A stretch of DNA of 64,000 nucleotides from an uncultured virus (IMG/VR IMGVR_UViG_3300028833_000062) (IMGVR_UViG_3300028833_000062), one strand, 5' to 3'; positions 40,603-50,911 are shown, numbered from the stretch's first letter. Program-made: numbers and translations. Notes: generated by a model not told the origin, from the sequence alone.

Positions 40603-42263
40603 TATTTTTCTTCTCTACTATGTTTATTGTATTCTGATGAATGAAATTCTTCTTCAAAAGTATGTTTAGCACCAGGATTAATCATATAAGCCATTTTTGC
40701 CATTATATCTCTATTAAGAAGAACTGGTGTTGATTTCTTTCTATTATCAACAAGAGCAAAATCTACATTAAGTAATTTTCTTGAACCAATCTGAATACAA
40801 GGTACTATTACAGTAACTCTTTCTTCACGTACTTGTCCAACTATAGGGTTTGAAACCCCACTTTTCTTAAATCTATATGTTTTACCATTTATAACTGCTG
40901 ATACTTTATCTCCAACTACTTCAACTGATTCACAACCAATTGTAGAAGCTTTAGCGCCATTACCTGTATCAAATTTAGCTTCAAGTTCAAATTCTGAATC
41001 ATTATCCATAATAAACTTCATATTTTCAATATAACCAATTGATTTAGGTGCAAGTACAAGCTCATTAATATCATTGATTGCATCAAGAAGTATCTTACAG
41101 AAATTTTCTCCAATTACTTCAGAAATACCTTCTGTACCTGGAGAGCAGTTATATTCAAGAACAACATTATCTCCAATCTCTGGATTAGAACCTTTTACAA
41201 GAGGCATAATATCAACAGCACACCAAGGCATACCTGAAATCTTTGCTACATTTAATGCAATATCTTCTTGTTCTTTAGTAATTTCAACTTTTTCAGCTTC
41301 TGCACCAAGAGATACATTACTTCTGAAATCACCACCAAGTTTCTTTCTCTTCATACATGCAAGAATTGTTTGTTTTGTTCTGCTTGTAAGAACATGCACT
41401 CTGATATCACCACCATCAGCTTCTTCTTTCTTTTGAAGAAGTAATTCTCTTTCAGGGTCAATAGCAAATATTGCTTGAAGAATTGCAAGAATACCTTTAC
41501 CTGTTGTCATGAATACACCTGTTCCACCATGACCATCAAGAATCTTTACAACATATTCTCTCTTTTCATCTTCTTCTTTATTTTCACCTACTTCTTTATA
41601 AATAAGTTTAAGTTTCTTCTGAAGAGATTCTTCACCTTTAGATACATCTTTTGAAGAAAGAAGACAGAATTTTGGTTGTGGAATATCATATCTTTTCATA
41701 AGAACAGCTGAAGCATATTTATTACTTGCTCTTTTAGCTGCTTGAATTGGATTAAGAACAAAAAGACCCCAATCTTGAAGTTCTTTAATACATTCCATAC
41801 ATTCTTCACTATCTTGTGCACCAAGACGTGCAATAACTATTGTATCTATATTTGATTGATCTGTTATAGTAAATTTCTCTTTAGAATCTTTAATTTCAAT
41901 TTTCTTATCATCTGCACTATAATCAACTTCTTCAGAAACAAATGTTATAAGATTTACATCTGTATTTTTAAGTGCATCTTGAAGGTTTTTAAGAGTTTTA
42001 TTTTTTGAAGCATCTCTTTCATTTGTAAAGAAGATAATATTCTTAAAGAAATATTCTTCATTTCTTTTTATTTTTTCAGCATTCTGTACAGTATCATTTT
42101 TTGCACCTAATTGTTCAGCTGCTTGATCAACTGCTTGGTCTTCTGAACCAGGTTTTTCTGGATTTTTTTCTGCACCAGTATTTTCTTCTGCTTCTAAAAT
42201 AGATTCTACTTCATCTATTGATTTAATAAATTTTGATTCTAAAAGTTCAGTTAAAGTTTTCAT
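40602..42263 (-). CDS. RimK-family ATP-grasp ligase fused to a RimB-like retropepsin domain
   Basis: G.GGTGV, DIRV, FRSNVSLG, AVD, EYN.SPG (ATP-grasp); C-terminal AKFDTGN...LLNRD (retropepsin-like); leader MKTLTELLES. Confidence 0.8.
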   Translation of the reverse strand: MKTLTELLESKFIKSIDEVESILEAEENTGAEKNPEKPGSEDQAVDQAAEQLGAKNDTVQNAEKIKRNEEYFFKNIIFFTNERDASKNKTLKNLQDALKNTDVNLITFVSEEVDYSADDKKIEIKDSKEKFTITDQSNIDTIVIARLGAQDSEECMECIKELQDWGLFVLNPIQAAKRASNKYASAVLMKRYDIPQPKFCLLSSKDVSKGEESLQKKLKLIYKEVGENKEEDEKREYVVKILDGHGGTGVFMTTGKGILAILQAIFAIDPERELLLQKKEEADGGDIRVHVLTSRTKQTILACMKRKKLGGDFRSNVSLGAEAEKVEITKEQEDIALNVAKISGMPWCAVDIMPLVKGSNPEIGDNVVLEYNCSPGTEGISEVIGENFCKILLDAINDINELVLAPKSIGYIENMKFIMDNDSEFELEAKFDTGNGAKASTIGCESVEVVGDKVSAVINGKTYRFKKSGVSNPIVGQVREERVTVIVPCIQIGSRKLLNVDFALVDNRKKSTPVLLNRDIMAKMAYMINPGAKHTFEEEFHSSEYNKHSREEK

Positions 42264-42352
42264 ATATATTTTATAAAAAATTTATCTATATAAAAATAAA
42301 AGATAAAAGAATAAATATCTATATTATATAAGAAATATATTTAAGATAATGA

Positions 42353-42922
42353 ATGATAAATTCAAAGTTAAATGATTATTTATATAATATAGATAATTTA
42401 AGAAATATTGACCGTTATCAAATAGCTCATAAGATTACAAAAGAAACAGTTGCTGAACATTCTTTTTTTGTTGCTTCTTATATATTAAAACTTCATGATT
42501 ATTATAATTTTAATTTAGAGAAGGCACTTACTATGGGTTTACTTCATGATTTTAGTGAAGTATTTATTAGTGATGTACCTCATCCAATTAAGATGGCTTT
42601 TCCTGATATAAATAAACAATTAGAAAAAGCTGAATATGATATGAATAGTAAATATATATCTAAGGATTTTGCTGATAATCTTGAAGAATTTAATAATCTT
42701 ACGACTGTTGAAGGTAAAATTGTAAATGTAGCTGATATTCTTTCAGTTATATCATATTCTAAATATGAAATATCTCTTGGAAATTCTCAATATATGAAAG
42801 ATGTTCTTAATAGAGGATTAATGAGAATTAAAGATGCTCTTGATTTAATTGAAGATAATATAAAACCAGAATATAAAACATTTGATATATTATCTGAAAT
42901 TATTGATTTTTCAAAACGATAA
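42353..42922 (+). CDS. HD-domain (YfbR-like) deoxynucleotide phosphohydrolase
   Basis: LR.I.RY, ETVAEHSF.VA, LLHDFSE...SDVP.P.K and V..AD motifs. Confidence 0.85.
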   Translation: MINSKLNDYLYNIDNLRNIDRYQIAHKITKETVAEHSFFVASYILKLHDYYNFNLEKALTMGLLHDFSEVFISDVPHPIKMAFPDINKQLEKAEYDMNSKYISKDFADNLEEFNNLTTVEGKIVNVADILSVISYSKYEISLGNSQYMKDVLNRGLMRIKDALDLIEDNIKPEYKTFDILSEIIDFSKR

Positions 42923-42994
42923 TTATATATTAGATTATATGGAGAAATATAGTCTATATAATCTATGTTTTAAAATATATTACAAATTAAATAT

Positions 42995-45900
42995 ATGAGT
43001 AAAAGAAAAGATCTTAAAAAGATTATGGTCATAGGTAGTGGTCCAATTGTAATTGGTCAAGCTGCCGAATTTGATTATGCTGGTACACAAGCATGTCTTG
43101 CACTTAAAGAAGAAGGATATGAAGTTATTCTTGTAAATTCTAATCCAGCAACAATTATGACAGATACTAATATTGCTGATAAGGTTTATATGGAACCTTT
43201 GACTTTTGATTATGTATCTAAAATTATTTATAAAGAACGTCCAGATGGTATTGTACCAGGTCTTGGTGGTCAGACAGGATTAAATCTTGTAACAGAACTT
43301 TCACAAAAAGGTGTTCTTGATGAATGTGGTGTAGAAGTTCTTGGTACATCATTTGAAAGTATAAATATTGCTGAAGACAGAGAAAAATTTAAAAACTTTT
43401 GTATTGATAATAATATTCCTGTAATTCCTTCGGAGATTGTACATGATATTCAAGGTGCTATTAATGCAGCATCTTCAATTGGATATCCTGTTGTTCTTCG
43501 TCCAGCATTCACTCTTGGTGGAACAGGTGGTGGATTTGCTTATAATGAAGATGAATTAAAGGAACATATGATAAATGCTCTTAATCTTTCACCTATTCAT
43601 CAGGTACTTATAGAAAAGAGTGTAAAAGGTTATCGTGAGATTGAATTTGAAGTAATGAGAGATAACAATAACAATGCTATATGTATTTGTGGAATGGAAA
43701 ATGTTGATCCTGTTGGAATTCATACAGGTGATTCAATTGTTGTTGCTCCATGTATAACAGTTTGTAAAAATGATTATGAAAGGTTAAAAAATGATGCTTT
43801 AAAGATTATTAAGAAATTACAAATTGCTGGTGGATGTAATGTACAGTTTGCTCTTTCTCAAGAAGATGAAGATAAATATTATATTATTGAAATTAATCCT
43901 CGTGTATCTCGTTCATCAGCTCTTGCATCAAAAGCATCTGGTTATCCTATTGCAAGAGTAACTGCTAAGATTGCTGTTGGTTATAATCTTAATGAAATAA
44001 ATCTTGATGATCATACAGCATTGTTTGAACCTTGTCTTGATTATATAATTGCTAAATTCCCAAGATTTCCATTTGATAAATTTGAAGAAGCTAAAGATGA
44101 ACTTTCAACTCAGATGAAAGCAACTGGTGAAGTTATGTCAATTGGTAAAACTCTTGAAGAAGCTTTCTTAAAGGGTCTTAGAAGTCTTGAAACAAAAACA
44201 TATCATTTATATAATTCTAAATTTGATCATTTTAAGAAACAAGAACTTATTGAATATATTTCAACTGATGCATATGATAAGATTTTTGCTATAGCACAAC
44301 TTCTTAGGATTGGTGTATCTGTAAAAGAAATATTTAATAAGACAATGATATGTGAAGATTTTTTAGTAGCATTTAGAAATATTGTTGAATTTGAAGAGAA
44401 GGTAGAACATTATGGCAAAGATGAAAATGCTGATTTTGGTGATATAATTTATAGAGCAAAGTTATTAGGTTTTTCTGATGAAGAAATAGCTCATCTTATA
44501 GATACAGATCCTTATGAAATTACTAAATATCGTTTAGATAATGGTTATGTACCAAAATATAGAATAGTTGATTGTTATTGTTATAGATATTCTATTGATA
44601 TAAATGGTAAAGAATATGAACATAAGAGATCAATTCCTTATTTCTATTCAACATATAATGATCTTGTAGAAAATGAATCAGTAAGAAGTAATAAAAAGAA
44701 AATCATAGTTCTTGGTTCTGGTCCTATACGTATTGGTCAAGGTGTAGAATTTGACTATTCTACAGTACATGCAATATGGGCTATCAAGAATATGGGTTAT
44801 GAAGCTATTATCATTAATAACAATCCTGAAACAGTTTCAACAGACTACACTATTTCTGATAAACTTTATTTTGAACCTCTTACTGTTGAGGATGTAATGA
44901 ATGTAATTAATTTTGAAAAACCTGATGGAGTAATTGTATCTCTTGGTGGACAAACAGCAGTAAATCTTGCTAATCCTCTTTCTAAGTTCAATATTCCAAT
45001 TATAGGTACTGGAATTGAAGCAATTAATAATGCTGAAGATAGAAAGATTTTTGAAAGCATTCTTGAAGAACTTAATATTCCTCAACCAAAAGCTATTGCT
45101 GTAACAAATATTGAAGATGGTTTAAAAGCTGCTAATGAAATTGGTTATCCAGTACTTGTTCGTCCAAGTTTTGTTCTTGGTGGTCGTGCAATGATGATTG
45201 TTGGTAATGATGATACTCTTAAGCATTATCTTGCTAATGCTGTTGCTCTTGATGAAAAATCTCCAGTTCTTATTGATAAATATATACAAGGTATTGAGTG
45301 TGAAGTAGATGCAATATGTGATGGAGAAACAGTACTTATTCCAGGTATAATGGAACATATTGAAAGAACTGGTGTTCATTCTGGAGACTCTATAAGTATA
45401 TATCCTTCAGTTAAATTAACTGATATAAATAAACAAAGGATTATTGAATATACAAAGAAACTTGGTGTAAGAATTGGTATTAAAGGATTATTTAATATTC
45501 AATATATTGCTAATGGTGATGATATTTATGTTATTGAGGTAAATCCAAGAAGTTCTAGAACAATTCCATTCTTAAGTAAGTCTACTAATATTCCTATGGC
45601 AAAAATTGCTACAGAAATAATGTTAGGTAAGAAATTAGTTGATTATGGATATCCTGAATATATTCCTGAAAAGAATTCATATTTTATCAAAACTCCTGTA
45701 TTTTCATTTAATAAACTTATAGGTGTTGAGTCATATTTGTCACCAGAGATGAAATCTACAGGTGAGGCGATAGGTATTGATAAAACTTTCACAAAAGCTC
45801 TCCAGAAGAGTTTGTGCGCCTCTGGATTAAAGATTAAAGACCATGGTACGATATTCGTAAGTGTATATGATGATGATCGTGAAGAAGTATTACCTATTAT

Positions 45901-46216
45901 AAAGAGATTTTATGATTTAGGATTTAATATTGAATCTATAAATGGTACAGCTACTTTCTTAAAAGAACATGGTATACATACTAAGACTCTTAAGAATCTT
46001 TCATATTATGATCTTATTAGAAATGGACACTTTACATATATAATCAATAGGATTAATGTAAATCAGCATTCATCTCATCTTGATGATTATGGTATTCGTC
46101 ACGTTGCTACTGAATGTAATGTACCAGTATTTACATGTCTTGATACAGTAAATGCACTTCTTGATGTTATTGAAGATATAACATTAAACGTTAATGATAT
46201 TACTAAATTCAATTAA
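42995..46216 (+). CDS. carB: Carbamoyl-phosphate synthase large subunit
   Basis: GSGPIVIGQAAEFDYAG, duplicated ATP-grasp halves (EINPRVSRSS, EVNPRSSRT), GSGPIRIGQGVEFDY, EMKSTGE; 1073 aa. Confidence 0.97.
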   Translation: MSKRKDLKKIMVIGSGPIVIGQAAEFDYAGTQACLALKEEGYEVILVNSNPATIMTDTNIADKVYMEPLTFDYVSKIIYKERPDGIVPGLGGQTGLNLVTELSQKGVLDECGVEVLGTSFESINIAEDREKFKNFCIDNNIPVIPSEIVHDIQGAINAASSIGYPVVLRPAFTLGGTGGGFAYNEDELKEHMINALNLSPIHQVLIEKSVKGYREIEFEVMRDNNNNAICICGMENVDPVGIHTGDSIVVAPCITVCKNDYERLKNDALKIIKKLQIAGGCNVQFALSQEDEDKYYIIEINPRVSRSSALASKASGYPIARVTAKIAVGYNLNEINLDDHTALFEPCLDYIIAKFPRFPFDKFEEAKDELSTQMKATGEVMSIGKTLEEAFLKGLRSLETKTYHLYNSKFDHFKKQELIEYISTDAYDKIFAIAQLLRIGVSVKEIFNKTMICEDFLVAFRNIVEFEEKVEHYGKDENADFGDIIYRAKLLGFSDEEIAHLIDTDPYEITKYRLDNGYVPKYRIVDCYCYRYSIDINGKEYEHKRSIPYFYSTYNDLVENESVRSNKKKIIVLGSGPIRIGQGVEFDYSTVHAIWAIKNMGYEAIIINNNPETVSTDYTISDKLYFEPLTVEDVMNVINFEKPDGVIVSLGGQTAVNLANPLSKFNIPIIGTGIEAINNAEDRKIFESILEELNIPQPKAIAVTNIEDGLKAANEIGYPVLVRPSFVLGGRAMMIVGNDDTLKHYLANAVALDEKSPVLIDKYIQGIECEVDAICDGETVLIPGIMEHIERTGVHSGDSISIYPSVKLTDINKQRIIEYTKKLGVRIGIKGLFNIQYIANGDDIYVIEVNPRSSRTIPFLSKSTNIPMAKIATEIMLGKKLVDYGYPEYIPEKNSYFIKTPVFSFNKLIGVESYLSPEMKSTGEAIGIDKTFTKALQKSLCASGLKIKDHGTIFVSVYDDDREEVLPIIKRFYDLGFNIESINGTATFLKEHGIHTKTLKNLSYYDLIRNGHFTYIINRINVNQHSSHLDDYGIRHVATECNVPVFTCLDTVNALLDVIEDITLNVNDITKFN

Positions 46217-46259
46217 TAAAAATTACTATATTAAATAAAATTAAAATAATTTATATAAT

Positions 46260-48038
46260 ATGAAGAGTTTACTTTTAACACTTGGACATAATTCATCCGC
46301 AATTTTTGTAGAAGATGGTAAAACACCTATTGGTTATGAAGAAGAAAGATTAACAGGTATTAAATCTGATTCACAGTTTCCTACTGATGCAATTCATGAA
46401 ATTGCTAGAAATGTAGGTATTAAGAATATGAAAGGTTGTAAGATATTTATTTCACATTGGTTTGATTTTATTCCTAATGTAATACCTAATAAATATATTA
46501 CTCAGACTGATATTGACAATCTTAAAGAAATTTCTGATGATATTACCTTTGTATCTCCAGAATTTACACATCATGATGCTCATGCTTATGCTGGTAAGAG
46601 TTTCTTTGATTATCATTTCTCAAAGTTAAATACTGATCCTTATTGTGATGTTTCTCTTAAACTTCAGCAGAATAAAGATATTTATGTTATTGTAGCTGAT
46701 GGTTTTGGTAATAATGGTGAGGTTCTTTCAGTTTATAAAATTAATGATTATTTAAATAATAGATTTAGTAATCTTAATCTTGAACATAGAGTTTATGGAT
46801 ATAAGAATTCTATTGGTCTTATGTATCAGTATGCAACTTCTTATGTTGGTATGAAAGAAAATCAAGATGAGTATAAATTCCTTGGATATGAAGCTCATAT
46901 TGATGAATATCTTAATAAATATAAGATTGATATTCTTGATGCATATATCAAAGAACTTGTAAATACTCTTTGGGAAGGATTTGAAAGAGATACTAATACT
47001 AATGTATATAAAAAGTGTGAATATTTAATTAATTTTGATTCACTTAAAGAAACTAAAGAATATTTCCATAATATCTTTAGAGAAGCATATGAGACAGTAT
47101 GGAAAGCTGATGATAAAGCAAAATATTCAAAAGAAGATAATGAATTTATTCAGAGAAGTATTGTAGCATATTATCTTCAGCAGACAGTAGAACAATTCTT
47201 TGGTAAGGTTGTTGAAAAGTTTAATATACAGAATGTAGTTGTAGTTGGTGGTTCATTCTATAATGTAAAACTTAATAATTATATTTTTGAACATACTAAT
47301 GGTGTATATTGTGCAATGCCTCTTGCAGGTGACCAAGGTGCTGCTATAGGTCTTTATTACTATTATACTGGTGAACAATTCAATTTTGAAACACTTTGTA
47401 TTGGTAAGAGAAATTTCTATGGTGCTGAAAAGGTATTTAAGAAGAATTTCTATAGAGAAGCTACTGATGAACTTGCAAAAGAAATAGCAAGAAAGATTGC
47501 TGATGGATATATTGTAGATCTTGTACATGGTTCTATGGAATTTGGTCCTCGTGCTCTTATGCATACATCAAGTTTATTTATTCCTACAGTAGAGAATACT
47601 GCTCAGAATAATTCAAATAATCTTAGAAATGAAGTAATGCCTTGTGCGCCAGTTCTAACAAAAAAGAATGCTGAATTTTTATTTGGTAAAGAAAGTATTA
47701 ATCGTGTTGTTGGTAGTGATGAATTTATGATTCTTACACATACTTATAAGAGAGGATATTCAGAACTTTATGGTGGTGTAATGCATAAGATTGTCCTTAA
47801 AGATGGTTATTCTGGTCGTCCACAAATTGTAAGAGAAGGAACATTTGAAGAGAAGATTCTTAAATATGTTGAAGAACTTGCAGATATTAAATGTCTTGTC
47901 AACACATCTTATAACAAGCATGGTACACCTATTCTTTATTCAATGAAGCAAATTAAAGATGACTACAATTTCCAAGTTGAACATTCACAAATGAATGGTT
48001 ACAAGAAGTCTCCTTTACTTTATGTAGTTGAAGATTAA
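46260..48038 (+). CDS. NodU/CmcH-family O-carbamoyltransferase
   Basis: GHNSSA, EEERL.GIK, HHDAHA, DGFG, EYK.LG, NVKLN, GDQGAAIG, EFGPRAL, RPQ, VNTSYN.HG.PI. Confidence 0.9.
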   Translation: MKSLLLTLGHNSSAIFVEDGKTPIGYEEERLTGIKSDSQFPTDAIHEIARNVGIKNMKGCKIFISHWFDFIPNVIPNKYITQTDIDNLKEISDDITFVSPEFTHHDAHAYAGKSFFDYHFSKLNTDPYCDVSLKLQQNKDIYVIVADGFGNNGEVLSVYKINDYLNNRFSNLNLEHRVYGYKNSIGLMYQYATSYVGMKENQDEYKFLGYEAHIDEYLNKYKIDILDAYIKELVNTLWEGFERDTNTNVYKKCEYLINFDSLKETKEYFHNIFREAYETVWKADDKAKYSKEDNEFIQRSIVAYYLQQTVEQFFGKVVEKFNIQNVVVVGGSFYNVKLNNYIFEHTNGVYCAMPLAGDQGAAIGLYYYYTGEQFNFETLCIGKRNFYGAEKVFKKNFYREATDELAKEIARKIADGYIVDLVHGSMEFGPRALMHTSSLFIPTVENTAQNNSNNLRNEVMPCAPVLTKKNAEFLFGKESINRVVGSDEFMILTHTYKRGYSELYGGVMHKIVLKDGYSGRPQIVREGTFEEKILKYVEELADIKCLVNTSYNKHGTPILYSMKQIKDDYNFQVEHSQMNGYKKSPLLYVVED

Positions 48039-48043
48039 TTTAA

Positions 48044-48074
48044 AAAAGCCTCTAAATTATTAGAGGCTATTTTT
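48044..48074 (+). terminator. Intrinsic terminator
   Basis: agcctctaa-atta-ttagaggct followed by atttt. Confidence 0.7.
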
Positions 48075-48107
48075 CTATATTAATATATATTAAATTATAG
48101 AATAGTT

Positions 48108-48740
48108 ATGAATTGTCCAAAGGTTTTAGTATTTACAGGTGGTTGTTATTCAGGTAAAACAACTTCAATGCAAGTTATAAAAGAAATACTTGAAGAAAAA
48201 GGTAAAAATGTTATATTTCTTGATGAACTTATTCGTCGTCATAAGATAGGTTCTATTGATGAGATTCGTCGTGATCCTAATAAATATATGGAATTACAGA
48301 ATGATATCATTAGAGGTAAAATGGATAGTGAAAAATATTCATATAAAAACTTTAATGAAAATACTGTTATTCTTGTTGATAGAAGTGTAACAGATTCATT
48401 GTTCTATTTAACATTTTATGTTGATAAGAATTCATTAGATATTGAACATCAAAAGCAATTTATAACTTTATTTAATGATTTAAATGATTATCTTGATACA
48501 GTATCAGATATATATACTTATATATTTGAATTTACTCCTTTAAAAGAAGTAATTGAAAATGATAATTTTAGACCACAAAATCTAAAAGATTTACAAAACA
48601 TAGAATATAAAATGATTAAGAAATATAATCTTTTATATTTTCATAATCATAGTGGATATATGAGTATTGATTTAAATAATGTATCTAAAGATAATATGAA
48701 AGAATATTGGAAAAATTTACTTGATTGGATGAATATATGA
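48108..48740 (+). CDS. P-loop nucleotide (dNMP) kinase-like protein
   Basis: GGCYSGKTT and VDRS..DSL.Y motifs. Confidence 0.7.
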   Translation: MNCPKVLVFTGGCYSGKTTSMQVIKEILEEKGKNVIFLDELIRRHKIGSIDEIRRDPNKYMELQNDIIRGKMDSEKYSYKNFNENTVILVDRSVTDSLFYLTFYVDKNSLDIEHQKQFITLFNDLNDYLDTVSDIYTYIFEFTPLKEVIENDNFRPQNLKDLQNIEYKMIKKYNLLYFHNHSGYMSIDLNNVSKDNMKEYWKNLLDWMNI

Positions 48741-49513
48741 TATTTCCAGATATAGAATATTTACATTTAACTAATAATTGGAAAAGAATATTTGAAGATT
48801 TTAGTTATAAATGTGAAATATATAAAGATTATTATGAATGTTTAAACTATTCATATAAAATATCTCCAATGATTGATTATTGCATGAGTTATTTTACTAA
48901 TCTATTTGATTTAGATAAAGCAAAAGCAATATATAATTGGTATAGAAATCATGATTCAAGAGATCATTCTATTGAAGAATATTTTGATGAATATAAAAGA
49001 TGTACAGATGAAACTCATTTAGATTTTAATTCTAATTATGGGTTATATGCTTATTCTCCAGAAGGTCTTGATAAATGTATAAAACGTCTTGGAGAAAATA
49101 ATGATACTCGTCAAGCAATGTTTTGTATAAATAACAATGAAGCAATGTCTGATAGAAGTATAGATAAACTTTGTACTAATACTGTTCAATTTTATATAAG
49201 AAGAAATAAATTAATTATGGTAGTACAAATGAGAGCAAGTAATATGATTACTCTTTTACCATATGATTCATTTATGTTTTGTTATTGGTATTTTTATGTA
49301 TTTAACAAATTATATAATGAATATAATTTAAAAAATCTTGAACTTAATTATATTTATATTAATGTATCAAGTATTCATTACTATATAGATAATTTAGAAA
49401 AGATTAATAAGGATAATAAAGACGTTAAATTTATCAATGATTTATTTGATGATTATAAAGATCCTGATTTTATAAATATATTTGATAAAAAGATAAATGG
49501 ACAATACAGTTGA
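48737..49513 (+). CDS. Divergent thymidylate synthase / dCMP hydroxymethylase paralogue
   Basis: NSNYG, DTRQA, LCT..VQF.IR, MRASN.....PYD and SSIHYY motifs. Confidence 0.75.
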   Translation: MIFPDIEYLHLTNNWKRIFEDFSYKCEIYKDYYECLNYSYKISPMIDYCMSYFTNLFDLDKAKAIYNWYRNHDSRDHSIEEYFDEYKRCTDETHLDFNSNYGLYAYSPEGLDKCIKRLGENNDTRQAMFCINNNEAMSDRSIDKLCTNTVQFYIRRNKLIMVVQMRASNMITLLPYDSFMFCYWYFYVFNKLYNEYNLKNLELNYIYINVSSIHYYIDNLEKINKDNKDVKFINDLFDDYKDPDFINIFDKKINGQYS

Positions 49514-50204
49514 TATTTTAAATCAATTTAAAGAAAAGTATAAAAATGGTGAATTCAGATATATTAATGGAACTACAAAAACAGTAGAAATTCAAAATGC
49601 ACATTTTATATGTGATAAAGATTATATTTTAAGAGAACCAAATTATGAATATGCTAGAAGAGAGATTGCATGGTATGATACAATGTCTTTATATGTAAAA
49701 GATATTCCTGATAAGATACCAGTAATTTGGCAGAATGTTTCTGATATAAATGGTAAGATTAATTCAAATTATGGTTGGTGTATTTATTCAGAAGAAAATG
49801 GTTCACAATATAAAAATTGTTTATATAATTTAATTCATGATACTTGTTCAAGACAAGCAGTAATGATATATACTAGACCATCAATGCATAATGATGCTAA
49901 TAAAAACCATATGCATGATTTTATGTGTACATTTGCAACACAGTGTTTTTTAAACAAAGTTGAAGATGGTTATTCTTTAAAGTATATAGTTTATCAAAGA
50001 AGTAGTGATGCTGTATTTGGTTTTAATAATGATCATCTTTGGCATAAAGAAGTACAAAAAAGATTAGCTGATGATTTAGAGAAAGAATTTAATAAAATAA
50101 AAAATGAAAGTGATGAACATATCCATGTACATTGTGAACCAATAGAATTTAATTGTGGATCAATTCATGTTTATGAAAGACATTTTCAATATTTGGAGGA
50201 TTAA
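49497..50204 (+). CDS. dCMP hydroxymethylase (T4 gp42 orthologue)
   Basis: INSNYGWCIYS, SRQAVMIYTRPSM, DFMCT, RSSDAVFGFNND (Asp specifying dCMP) and GSIHVYERHF closely parallel T4 gp42. Confidence 0.9.
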   Translation: MDNTVDILNQFKEKYKNGEFRYINGTTKTVEIQNAHFICDKDYILREPNYEYARREIAWYDTMSLYVKDIPDKIPVIWQNVSDINGKINSNYGWCIYSEENGSQYKNCLYNLIHDTCSRQAVMIYTRPSMHNDANKNHMHDFMCTFATQCFLNKVEDGYSLKYIVYQRSSDAVFGFNNDHLWHKEVQKRLADDLEKEFNKIKNESDEHIHVHCEPIEFNCGSIHVYERHFQYLED

Positions 50205-50207
50205 TTT

Positions 50208-50726
50208 ATGAGAAATTTTGATTATCAATATCTTAGAATTGCTAAAATTTGGAGTGAGAATTCTTATTCAAGAAGAAATAAAGTAGGTGCTATTATAGTA
50301 AAAGATGGTATGATTATTTCTGATGGTTATAATGGTACACCAGCAGGATTTGATAATAATTGTGAAAATGAAGTAAAATGTGATGTTGATTGGGATGAAC
50401 TTATTTCTGCATTAGATAATGGATCTTCTGTATGTGCTGCATATAATAGAGATTGTAATAAATGTCCTCATCATTATCTTGTTACAAAACCAGAAGTACT
50501 TCATGCAGAAGCTAATGCTATTACAAAAGTAGCAAAATCTACTAATTCTTCAGATGGAAGTACATTATATGTAACATTATCTCCTTGTATTGAATGTGCA
50601 AAACTTATTATTCAAGCAGGTATTAAAAGAGTTGTATATAATGATGTTTATAGAAATACTGACGGTCTTGAATTACTTAAGAAAGCAGGTATTGAATTAG
50701 TACAAATAAAAGATATAAATGATTAA
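50208..50726 (+). CDS. dCMP deaminase
   Basis: VGAIIVKD, GYNG.P.G, HAEANAI and SPC..C zinc motifs. Confidence 0.92.
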   Translation: MRNFDYQYLRIAKIWSENSYSRRNKVGAIIVKDGMIISDGYNGTPAGFDNNCENEVKCDVDWDELISALDNGSSVCAAYNRDCNKCPHHYLVTKPEVLHAEANAITKVAKSTNSSDGSTLYVTLSPCIECAKLIIQAGIKRVVYNDVYRNTDGLELLKKAGIELVQIKDIND

Positions 50727-50728
50727 TT

Positions 50729-50911
50729 ATGTTAAGTAAAAATGATTTAATATTTTTAGGAGCATCTATAATTATAGGAGCAGATGTAAATAGAAATGGT
50801 GTTCAATTTAGTACAAATAATAGTATATCAAAAGCTATTGAATTATCATCAAAATTATTTGATAATATATTTAAAGATGATAATAGTAAAGATGAAATGA
50901 TTTTAGAATAA
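50729..50911 (+). CDS. Small hypothetical protein
   Basis: Open frame at the operon end. Confidence 0.5.
   Translation: MLSKNDLIFLGASIIIGADVNRNGVQFSTNNSISKAIELSSKLFDNIFKDDNSKDEMILE

Noticed and set aside
42353..42922. DatZ / 2-aminoadenine (Z-genome) pathway
   Set aside because: An HD hydrolase is present but there is no PurZ in the window, and the neighbouring genes point to cytosine modification.
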